From Rebecca billardiae RCC1528 (Eukaryota; Protista; Haptophyta): a stretch of 64,000 nucleotides of DNA. The stretch lies in assembly GCA_965240325.2 (NCBI GenBank), contig OZ251228.1, positions 1,550,001-1,614,000 of the forward strand. Reading direction: 5' to 3'. The first letter of the stretch is position 1, and every line of letters begins with the position of its first letter. This document shows, one piece after another, positions 1 through 10,257 of this stretch. Both the position numbers and the translations under genes were made by a program. The notes under the pieces are model-generated. The model made no database searches, was not told the origin of the DNA, and saw only the letters and a list, made by a program, of their open reading frames with translations.

Positions 1-336
1 GGCGCCCTTGCGGCTTGCAGCGGCACGACTGCGGTCGTCCCTTCGCTCTTCACGCCATTCCGCTGAGGAGAATGGGGAGAACAGCAAAGCGTCAGGTGCT
101 TATGGCTCATGTCACGAGCAGGCGCAGCACGACGATGATGAAAGTAGTTAGTGCCGACGTTGGTCGTTGAACCGCGTAACGTCGTTGTCGGTCATGGCCA
201 CTTGCGGCGCCGAACTCCTTTCTGGCAGCAATGGTGGCCTTGGGGCGCGCCGAGCAGCGACGCCCGTTTTCCACGTCATCGACCGGCGTCGGCGCCGTTG
301 CCATCATCATCGCCCGCTCGCAGAGTCGCAGCCTCC

Positions 337-930
337 TCACTCACGGGACGAGGGCCGGGCATGCAGCTCGGCCGTGGCTCGGATGATGGCGTGGCAGAAG
401 GGCGTGAGGTCAGCGGGCGTGCGCGCGGTTATAAGCGGGTAGTCCACGACCACGGGCTCATCGCACCACGTCGCCCCGGCGTTGATCACGTCGTCCTTGA
501 TTGCGACGAAAGACGTGACGCGCTTGTTTGAGCAGACTGGCAGGCCGCTGTCTGGCATGCGCGCGGAGCACAGCATCCATGGACCATGGCAGATGCTCGC
601 AACGGGTCGCCCGAGCTCGATCATGCGCACAATGAAGGCAAGCATGTGTGCATTGCGCCGCATGTAGTCTGGCGCGAAGCCGCCCGGAATCACGAGCGCA
701 TCGAAAGCGTCCGCCTTCTGCTCAGAGATGGTCGCCGCGCTCACCACGGGGATGCCATACTTGCCCGTGTACTTCTGCCCGGCGGGGTGCGCACCCATAA
801 GCACCACGTGTGCGCCCTCCTCCTCCAGGCGGCGCTGGGGGTACATGACCTCACTGTCCTCGAAGCTGAAGTCGACGAAGAGGGCAATCTTCCGCCCCAC
901 AAGCCGCGGCGTGAAGTTGATGCCCGCCAT
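337..930 (-). CDS. pfpI: PfpI/DJ-1 family (type 1 glutamine amidotransferase-like) deglycase/protease
   Basis: 197 aa intronless ORF with FEDSE, DALVIPGG.APD and nucleophile elbow ASICHGPW, plus LITARTPADL, all typical of PfpI/YraA. Confidence 0.92.
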   Translation of the reverse strand: MAGINFTPRLVGRKIALFVDFSFEDSEVMYPQRRLEEEGAHVVLMGAHPAGQKYTGKYGIPVVSAATISEQKADAFDALVIPGGFAPDYMRRNAHMLAFIVRMIELGRPVASICHGPWMLCSARMPDSGLPVCSNKRVTSFVAIKDDVINAGATWCDEPVVVDYPLITARTPADLTPFCHAIIRATAELHARPSSRE

Positions 931-1853
931 CGTGGTGGCTTCGAGCGCGCGCGGAGCGGCAAACGCGCGCGAAGCAAGGGCCGCGAAGGAGGTATATCGA
1001 TCGTCTGTATGGATAAGTAAAGGGCGGTCATTTCACTATTATAAACTGTCAGGCAGCCGCCATCGTGCGACGACGTGCCACGGCCCCGTGCGCGAATTTG
1101 TGCGACGGCGGCAGCGACGAGGTCGCGGTCCCCGGCCGCTCCGACGCGCTCTTTACATCCGCGTGGGCCGTGCGGGTGTAAAGAACCCATCCTACTCGTC
1201 GACAGTGCCGACCTCGCCGCTAGCGGCGTCGCACAAATTTGATGATTGGTACCTCGGGCATGGCCCGTGGCCCGCACGCTAGGTCCGCGCGGCGCTCTGT
1301 GGGCAAGCGAGCCAAGGGGCGCAGCGAGTCCGGTGCGGCTGTCGTACGGGTCCATCGCGAGCGCCGAGTCGCAGCCGCGCGCGCGCCGCGCCGCTGGCGC
1401 CGGGTCGCCCGGGGGAGAAGGCGCAGCTGCAGTGCTCCTCCGCCACCACGCGATCCGCCGGCAGAAAGACCTGCTGACTTTGCGCCCGCCAGTTTTGACC
1501 AAAACGATGATGTTTTTTTAATTATCGGCGGGTGTGCTTGTGTGGACGCCTCTAATTAATCTTCTACTGTCGCCTGCCTGAGCTGTGTGCGTCTCTTAAT
1601 TCTTAGTAAACTGTATCTACAATAGCTATGTGCCGTACCCGGATGAAACCAGATCTAACGAATCCGGCGGTGCGGGCGGCGCTATTTTAGTATTTTCGTC
1701 GGATCTGCTGCTATTCATCAACGGAACGTCCAATAATAATAATAGAGCCGGCGAGAGTGGGAGCTGCGCATCCGGACTCACAGAACGCCAACTTGCTGGC
1801 AACGTTGGCACCGAGCCTTGCCTACCTCGGCCGCGGGCTGGGGGCGTGGCGCC

Positions 1854-4210
1854 ATGGCGGGTGCTGGCTCGCGGGGCCGCTCACCGCCCAAGCAGGGCGG
1901 CTCGCCGCTGCACATGGCGCTGGCCGTGCCCGATATACCCCTGCCGCCCCTCGGCTCCCCCTCGCTCGGACGCCAGATGCGCGTGACGCGAGCGCCCGAG
2001 TGGCCGCCCGACGATGACGAGTACCGGCGCCCCTCGGAGATGACCATCGAGCGCGTGCAGGCGCAGCTGTCGGAGGCGCGGCGCATGGGGCGTCTCCACC
2101 GGCTCCGATCGGCCTTGCCGCCCATCCTGCTCGGCATCGGCTTCGCCGCCGCGGCCTTCACCCTGTACGTCTCGACGCCGCCGCGCTCGGTCGAGTGGTT
2201 CTGCGGCGTGTTCGCCTGGATGTTCGTGCCGCCGCTGCTGCTGATGCTGCTGCCGCCGACGGAGGCGCACGTGGTCGAGTTCACCTCGCTTTTCGCCGTC
2301 GTCTTCCTCGTCGGCAGCGCCTCCGTGAACCTCGGCTGGGCCGCCGCCATCGGCGCGCAGAGCGTGCGCGCGCGCTCATGCTGGGCGGTGCAGCACGTGC
2401 GCGCCATCGTGCTGCCGCTCGTGCTCGTGGCGACGGTGGGGCTGGTCACGGCGGTGGCGGTGTTCGTCGCGCTGGTGCGCCGGCGCATGCGCGCCCTCGA
2501 CCTGCGCGCGCTCGTCGAGCGCCTCTGGCTCGCGATGGGCACGCAGTACGTCGCGCACTGCGCTCTGTCGTTCTACATCGGCCTGGCGAACGCGCTGATC
2601 GCCCCGCCGCAGTACTGGATGCCGTTCCTGCCGCACGTCCTCGGCGCGATCGTGATCTTCGCGCTGGGCGCGCTGTTCTGCCTCCACCCCTTCGTGCGCA
2701 CGCGCGCGCACGCCTGGCTCGCCTCGCGCGGGGAGGGTGTCTCGGCCGCGGCGGGCATCGCCGCGCTGCTAGGCAGCGCGCAGCCCGAGTCAGCCGTCGC
2801 GATGGCGCGCGAGCGGCTGCGCTCGATCGACGCGTCGAAGCTGACGCGGGACATCTTCGTGGCGAACGAGCGCGGGGACAACCGCTGGTTCGACCGCTCG
2901 AGCCGCGCCGAGCTCGAGGAGATCGACGCCTTCGTCTCGCACAGCTGGCATGACAACCCGGGGCATAAGTGGCACGCCCTGCAGCGCTGGCGCGAGGGCT
3001 TTGTCGCCGTGCACATGCGCGAGCCGAAGATCTGGCTGGACCGCGCGTGCATCGACCAGCAGAACATCCAGACGGACCTGCAGCACCTGCCCATCTTCCT
3101 CGCGGGCTGCCGCTCGCTGCTCATCCTCGCCGGGCCCACCTACTTCGAGAGGCTGTGGTGCATCATCGAGCTGTTTGTCTTCGACCAGATGCATCCGCAG
3201 CCGTACGACCCTTCGAGCCCGCTCACGATCGCCCGGCTCTCGCAGAGCCCGGCGAAGCGGCTGTCGAGCGTGGCGCCGGCGGCGCGGGACGGGGCCGACC
3301 CGCGCGCGCGGCTGCAGCGCGCCGTGGGCTCGCTCGGCTCGCTCAAGGGCATCCCGCTGGTGGGCGGCGGCGAGGGCGCGGCAGCGGGCGGCGCGGCGCT
3401 GTCGCAGCCGGCGCACGCGCGCGTCGACCCCGCGCTCGCGACCGGCTCGGGCTCGCGCGACGCCTCGCGTCGGCAGAGCGTCGGCTTCGCCGAGGCTGGC
3501 GCGGGCGGGCACGGCGCGTCCGCTCTGCCCAAGGTGCCCTCGCTCAAGGGCACGTGGTCCTTCGTGAAGCACCTCTCGCTCCGGCGGATGTCGGCAGAGG
3601 CGCGCGTCGCGCCCGAGCCCGGGACTGACGACGACGACGCCGAGCTGGGCGATGGCGACGGCGAGGACCCGGTCACCGCGTTCGACCCGAGCGCGCTGCA
3701 CGCGCAGGCGTCGGCGTCGCGCCTCTCGTTCGTCTCGACCAGCTCCGCCGGCCGCGGCGCGCGGCCCAGCTTCCCGCTCGGCGCGCTGAACGTGATGGCA
3801 CCGGGAGACAAAGTCGAGATGCGACTGCTGCCGGGGGTAGCGGAGGACGCGCACGCCAGCTTCGACTCGACGCGGTGCAAGTGCGCGCTCAAGGCGGACT
3901 TCGACCGGCTGCGCACGTGCATCGAGGCGGCGAGCGGCTCGTTCGAGAACTTCAACGAGCGCGCGCGCGAGCTCCTCGACGAGGCGACCAAGCACCTGCC
4001 GTACGCGGCACCACAGAACACCTCCTTCTCGTCGCAGCGCACGCCCAACTCCGGGCGCACGCCCAACGCCAGCTTCTCGGCGCACACGCCGCAGTCGGCG
4101 GCGACGCCGACGCTCTCGCGCTCCGCGTCCGCGCGCGACGCGACCGCTCGCGACGCGAGCGCGCTCCTCAGCCCGCCGCTGCTCGGGCGCGCGCTGAGCC
4201 AGCTCGGACT

Positions 4211-4250
<40 letters not shown>

Positions 4251-5063
4251 CACAGCGGCGCGGGGAGCCGTGACGGCAGCAGCAGCCCGCACGCGTCTTC
4301 CAGCAACGCGCTCACGCCGACGGCTGACCAGTCGCTCGGCGAGGGCGCGCGCGCGGAGCGCATGTCTGGGCAGACGACCAGCTCGGTGACCCCCAGGACG
4401 AGCGAGTACAGCATCGCCACCGCGACGCCGCGCGCGAACGAGCGACACGCGCGGAGACGCAAGGCGACGCGCGCGGCGCCCTGGCTCTGCCTGGCACTCC
4501 TGTACTGCTGCGCGTGCGCCGTGGCGGCGTGGTGGGCGTCCGAGCCCGGCGCCGCGGACTGCCGCGCGTGCGCCGCGCTCGTGGAGCAGCTGCCCGCCTC
4601 TGCCGACGGCAACTGGCTGGGTGCGCCCGGCGGTCGGCAGTACGCGCGCGCGAGCGGCTCGAGCCCGCTCGGCTGGGCGGAGGCGCGCGCGAGCTGCGCA
4701 GCGCAAGGCGCGCAGCTCGTCAGCGTCGCGGACGCGGCGGAGGACCGGCTGCTGCACTGCATCGCCACGCGCGAGACGCCCGACCTCTGGCTCGGCCTCA
4801 CGCAGAGGCGAGGCGCGAGGCGCGCGCGTGACGGCTGGGAGTGGCAGGACTCATCACTCCCGCCGCCCGCCACGCGCGCGGCGGCCAAGGACGGCGCGCG
4901 CACCGGCGGCGGCGGCGGGTATGCCAACTGGGCCGAAGGCGAGCCCTCGGCGCTCGACGGCAGCGGCGAGCCCCGGTGTGCGGCGCACACGCCGTACGGC
5001 TGGGTGGCTGCGTCGTGCGACACGTTCCCGATGCTCTTCGTCTGCGAGCGCTCGGCTCCATGA
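1854..5063 (+). CDS. Multi-pass membrane protein: ~6 TM helices, TIR-like domain, low-complexity linker, TM helix, C-type lectin domain
   Basis: Uninterrupted ORF (ATG 1854 or 1914). TIR-like motifs DAFVSHSW (~2925), WLDRACIDQ and [12 protein letters not shown] (~3141-3173). RRRK followed by a hydrophobic helix (~4450-4535). CTLD motifs [34 protein letters not shown]...C...FVCE. Confidence 0.8.
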
Positions 5064-5170
5064 CCGAGGCACGAGCCGCTGCACGCGCGCATGACGAGTT
5101 TCCGCCGCAAGCAGTACTTAAACATCCGCCCGCCAACATCGCCATATGATTTATTAGCTTTGAACAGTGC

Positions 5171-5233
5171 GGGCCCGCGGCGCGGGCTCCACGCTGCGCG
5201 CTCCGCCCTGGTCAGCCCGGCCACCGTGGGCAC
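5171..5233 (-). mobile_element. Remnant related to the 5' end of the Helentron-like element at 21159
   Basis: 5182-5210 is an exact 29-bp reverse complement of 21172-21200. Confidence 0.55.
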
Positions 5234-5402
5234 AATAATAACGAATATAACTATAAGCGCTGCCGGAGCCGTTACTGGTATGACGAGCCGTAACTCCGCG
5301 GTAACTCGTAGTAAGGCGATATAGTGCGTCGTTATGTTAAATAGTATATATATATATAGTGGCGGCCCGCGTATGCCCGCCCGCCTGCCCGGTAAGCTAT
5401 GG

Positions 5403-5516
<114 letters not shown>

Positions 5517-5786
5517 GGCGTATGCCGTGACACACTACGACACAGTGACCGTAATCTAATTTAATATGAGTCACATCACACCGTTAATGTTATACTCGCC
5601 TTACGGACAGCTAGGTGCCAGATAGATTACTGCAGGCGAGCAGCATGGATTGAGGAGAGCGACTTTGCGCACGGCGATGGGCGACGGCGCCCCAGACGAC
5701 TTGATGTAGTACCACGCTTCGCTGCGGCAGCGCGGCAGGGGCGGGCCAACACCGTCGACCACGCCCACCATCTGCTGCCCGTGAGC

Positions 5787-7539
5787 TTATGAAACCTCCA
5801 TTGGCACAGGGGCACCCGCGTCGGCCGCGCCAGCAGCCACCGCGCCCGCTGACTCCGTCGGCTTCGACCCGGGCTGCGCCCCCGCCTCGCCGGGCTGCGC
5901 GGCGTGAAGCTCGGCGTAGAACTTCATCGACAAGTCGAAGTACTGGTTGGGGTGCGTGATGCCGCCCATCTCCGTCTCCGTGAGCGCGGAGCCCGCGTGC
6001 CGAGCCTCGAAGTAGAGACTGCGCGCGGCGTGCACGCGTGCGGCGGGCGGAGGGCGGTGTGTGCGGCGCGGCGCGCAATCGATCAGCGCCACGCCCGCGC
6101 CCGCCACGCTGCCTCCGCCGCCGCCGCCGCCGCCGGAGCGCGCACCCGCAGGCGACCTGGTAGTGGTGCTCAGTCGCCTTGAGGACGATGCGCGACACGT
6201 CGGCCGGCTTGACAGAGTGGCGCGAGAGCATCGCGCGCAGCTGCTCGGCCGAGTGCGTGCGGAAGGGGCAGCCGTGGAACTCGCCCTGGTTGGGGGAGAA
6301 GGAGATCACCTTGGCGCAGCTATACGGCGTGTAGTTCTTCTTCTGGCCCTGCGCGGCCCCGCGCGCGCGCCGGCGCGCGACCGGCGCTCGCGCGCGCGCT
6401 CAGCACTCGGCGCACACGCGTGCAGCGCGCGCGCGGCGCGCGCGCGCGTGCACCTCGAGGCCGTAGTTGTACCGGATGTTGTACCGGTGCTCCTTGTCGA
6501 ACTTGTCGGCGGGCATCGCCTTGGTGAAGAGCGAGCGCCAGAACTGCAGCGACTCCTCGTACGACAGCCCGATACCCTTAAGGAACAGGCCGAGCTGGAT
6601 CCTCCCCTGGTGCTTGAGGTGCGAAGCCTCCTGCAGCTTCGCGTTCAGGTGGGACATGCACAGCGGGTACGAGCGCTTGGCGAGGGTGGGCAGCTGCGCG
6701 AGGCTGACCTCGTGCGCCGCGCCCTTCTTGTCCGCCGCGTACTCGTCCACCATGTACTGCGTCGAGCAGTGCTCGAGGAAGGCGGTCAGCCGGTCCGCCT
6801 CCGCTTCCTTGAGTGCGGGCCACGCGCGCGACGCCTCGACGAGCGCGCGCGAGAGCCGCGCGCGGAACTGGCCGCCCACGATGGAGATCAGGTCGGAGTG
6901 GGGCACGTACGCCCAGCCGGCGCGCAGGAACACGCGCCTGCCGCGCACCAGGTCGAGCACCTCCTCGAAGGGCACCTTGTAGTGGTCCTCGAGCCGGGGC
7001 AGCGCCGCGGCGCCGTCCTTCCGCCGCGCGGCGTGCTTCATCTTGTGCAGCTGCGGCTCGATCTCGGCGAGCTCGACGGCGCTGATGGGCTCGTACCCCA
7101 GCCCGTTCTCGCGCAGGAAGCGCGCCACGTTCGTCTCCGTCGCGAAGCGGTGCTTGAACAGCTCGTGCTCGTTCGCGAGGAAGTAGCGCCGCAGCTCCTC
7201 CGAGCGGCAGAAGGCGAGGCGCAGCATGAAGTGGGCGCACTGGTCGCGCACGAGCTCCTCCTCGGACCACCCCGACGCCGCTCCGGAGAGCGTTGTGAGC
7301 GGCTGGCGCACGATGTCGCGCTCGGCGCTCGCGATCGCCTTGGTGAGCGCCTCACCCTTTGTGCCCTTCGCCTTCGCGTGGTCGATGCACCGCAGCAGGC
7401 GGAGGCGGGCGTAGCAGCACTCCTCGACCTCACTCATGGAGAGCTCGGCCTCGGGAGGCTGCGCGTACATCGACAGCCCCGATCGCTTCGGCCCGTCGCC
7501 GAGCGACGCGCGCGAGCGCTTCGCCGGCAGCAGCTCCAT
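5787..7539 (-). CDS. PRIM2: DNA primase large subunit (3 exons; introns 6349-6453 and 6019-6145)
   Basis: Motifs HFMLRLAFC, YPLCM, HLKHQGRIQLGLFLKGIGL, YNIRYNYGLE|GQKKNYTPYSC, HGCPF, HYQVAC and HPNQYF. The GT-AG introns restore the frame. Confidence 0.96.
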
Positions 7540-7697
7540 CGCCGCGCTCGTCGAGCCCTGGTGCCCACCCGTCACTCTTGCCTCAAGGTGCTGACCAACG
7601 GTATGGCAAGCGAAAGTCCTGAGCATTGAGCAACCCTTCGGGCGGCTGTGCCGCGCCCGGACTCGCCCGACACAGCACAGACTCGACTACCATCACG

Positions 7698-9164
7698 ATG
7701 GCCTCGGCCACGGAGGCCTCCGAGGCGAGGATCCGCTCGGGCGTGCGGTTCCTCGCCGATCCACGCGTGCGCGTCGCGCCGATCGACGAGCGCTTGGCCT
7801 TCCTCCGCGAGCGTGGCGGCCTGTCCGAGCAGGAGGCTTCCGAGGCCGTGCGGATCGCGCAGATTTCGGCCGAGGCCCTGCCGCACGCGGCGCAGAGTGG
7901 CGGCGGGTGGGGCTGGTGGGGTGCGTTCGCCGCATTTGGCGCTGTCGTCGGCGGCATATTCGCGCTCGTCGGCCGCGAGCTGCCCCCGAAGGACGACGGC
8001 CGCCTCTCGCGGAACCCGGCCGATGCGTCGCAGGCCGCGCAGCCTGCCGCGCTGCATCAGACCGGAGACGGATGTCCTGCGACAGGCGCGCTCGGCGCTG
8101 AGGCCGTCGCGGCCGACGTCGTCGGCGCAGTCCGGACGCTCCTCGACGTACGCGCGGACGTGCAGTCCGCTGAGAGCCGCCGCGTGCGGGAGGAGATCGC
8201 GCTTCTGCGCGACGGGCAGCACCGGACCGCCGCGGCGCTCGATTCCCTCAGCACCCGAATGGCTGAGCTGGCGGCCGCACTCCGTGCCACGGATGGTTCG
8301 CGGGCATCGGCGCCTGCGGCGCTCGCGCCCGGGGCGGCGTCCGCCCGCGGCGTCGGCGACGTCCAGCTCGACGCCGCGAAACCAGCTGCGCCGGCGGCAC
8401 CGCCGGCGCATCCGTCCCCATCGAGCGCCGCGTCGGCGCCGACGCCGACGCAGCAGCAGCAGCAGCAGCCTCCGGCACTGTCTCGCGAGGACGTGCTGGC
8501 CCTCGTGCAGAAGGGCGCGCCCGTCCCGGGCTTTGTCGCCGTCGACGAGTCCCCGCTCTCCGCACACGGCATCACGCCGCCGAGCCAGCCGGTGCGCGCC
8601 GCGCGGCCGAAGCCTTGGGAGCGGGCGGCCGTTGAGAGCTTGCACGGCGCGGGCGGAGCCACGCCGCCCTCGCCGGCGGACGGGAGCCAGTCGGGCATCT
8701 CCCCGCTGAGCGCGTCGGCGTTTGCGCCATCCGCGTCGTTGGGATTGAACGCCATGGACGGCCGTCAGCCGCTTTCCCAGGCCGAGGAGGGGGCGCAGCG
8801 GGCCAATGTGGACGTGCCCCGAATGCCACGCTTTGACGAGGCGCCGGCTACGGATGCCGACGCTGTCGCCGCAGACGCCCGACCTCAGCCGCACGATGCT
8901 GCTCACGCCGCGGGCCCGGGATCATTGGGTCTGAGCGTGAGAACGACCTCGGCCGCTGCTGCCCCGTGGTCATCCCCGGTCGCACCCGACGCCTGCACCG
9001 CGACAACGCCCTGGACGTCGTCTGAGCCTGCGGTGGCAGCGGCATCATTGCCATTGGCAATGTCACCAGCAGCACCGGCTGCTGTCGTGCATTCTGCTGC
9101 TGCTAAGGCGGGATCCGTGACCGGATCCGGTCAGGATCAGCATCACGGGCTCCATGAGTCATGA
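7698..9164 (+). CDS. PEX14: Peroxisomal membrane docking protein PEX14-like
   Basis: N-terminal RIRSGVRFLADPRVRVAPIDERLAFLRERGGLSEQE (Pex14_N), then a TM segment, a coiled coil and a KPWE-type motif (VLALVQKGAPVPG...RPKPWE). Confidence 0.85.
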   Translation: MASATEASEARIRSGVRFLADPRVRVAPIDERLAFLRERGGLSEQEASEAVRIAQISAEALPHAAQSGGGWGWWGAFAAFGAVVGGIFALVGRELPPKDDGRLSRNPADASQAAQPAALHQTGDGCPATGALGAEAVAADVVGAVRTLLDVRADVQSAESRRVREEIALLRDGQHRTAAALDSLSTRMAELAAALRATDGSRASAPAALAPGAASARGVGDVQLDAAKPAAPAAPPAHPSPSSAASAPTPTQQQQQQPPALSREDVLALVQKGAPVPGFVAVDESPLSAHGITPPSQPVRAARPKPWERAAVESLHGAGGATPPSPADGSQSGISPLSASAFAPSASLGLNAMDGRQPLSQAEEGAQRANVDVPRMPRFDEAPATDADAVAADARPQPHDAAHAAGPGSLGLSVRTTSAAAAPWSSPVAPDACTATTPWTSSEPAVAAASLPLAMSPAAPAAVVHSAAAKAGSVTGSGQDQHHGLHES

Positions 9165-9325
9165 GACGTGCGCCGCGCTGCCGCCTTCTCGTCTTCTCCG
9201 ACTCCAAAGGCGCCGCCAGTCGGCTTATAGTCGGGCGGCAGCGTGACAGTGTGATGAGCCGTAGTTTATGACTGAGTCAGACTGACTGAGCAGTGACGCT
9301 GACGATATCGATATATATATATATA

Positions 9326-10047
9326 TGTCTAGCCGTCCTCGAAGCGCCTGCGCCATCCAGATGCAGTGAGGAGGCGAGGCACACGCCGGGGCAGGGCGGA
9401 GCCATCACGCGGCGAGAGACCAGACTCTATACATTGTATGGGATTTTTGTTCGTCCTCGAAACAAAGTGCGAGCGGCAGCTGTGCCAGCAGCGCTCGGGC
9501 CGAGCGCGCGGCAGGACTGGCCGCTCGACGCCGCAGCTTGGACGACGCAGCTCGAGAGCCGCCACGCCGCACGACAGCGAGGCACGAATGACATCGTGCA
9601 CAGGGCGCCTCAAAGCTGCGGGCCGCCGGAAATAGCTGCAGCCATCAGGACAGTGGGCGCTTCCGAAGGGCGCTCGCTGCGAGTGAGCGGGAGGCATGCA
9701 GCAGCGACGGTAACGGTTGGCTCGGCGCCTGATGAAAAACCCAGTTCACGAATTGATGGCCGTCCTGATCGCCATGCCAACCTTGCCTAGTTAGCCTATC
9801 ACCCTATGGCCCAGGAGCAGCGCAGTGAGTAGGTCGTTCTAGGCCGCCGTGCGTGCGCACAGAGCACGGGCTCGAATAAAGTCCCTCGTGGCACGAGAAG
9901 AGGGTGGCCAAGATGGCAGCCGGACTTGAGCTCGGCCGCCTGGCTCAGGCTGAATGGCAGGCAGGTGTTGATACGGCGCATTGCGCTCCCATCACCGTCC
10001 TGTCTTAGACAATCAGTTATATATAATGTGCCATCAATAACCCCACA
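9326..10047. mobile_element. TGT...ACA-bounded element (solo-LTR-like) in a microsatellite, copy 1
   Basis: Shares the 5' end tgtctagccgtcct and the 3' end ttagacaatcagttat...aataaccccaca with 46531-47012; flanked by (TA)n and (TG)n. Confidence 0.6.
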
Positions 10048-10053
10048 CAGCGC

Positions 10054-10062
<9 letters not shown>

Positions 10063-10132
<70 letters not shown>
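10063..10132. repeat. (TG)n microsatellite
   Basis: Seen directly. Confidence 0.99.
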
Positions 10133-10134
<2 letters not shown>

Positions 10135-10257
10135 AGACTCAGTGACAGTGATGTGTGTGTGTGAATAAAATATATGACGATGTGTCGAACTACGACGACT
10201 CGGTCCGGACGACGAGCCTACGCGCGAATCGATACGCCCTGAGCCAAATCGTGTATA

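Noticed and set aside
107-340. 77-aa ORF overlapping the PfpI stop
   Set aside because: No motifs; likely 3' UTR, and short ORFs are common at this GC content.
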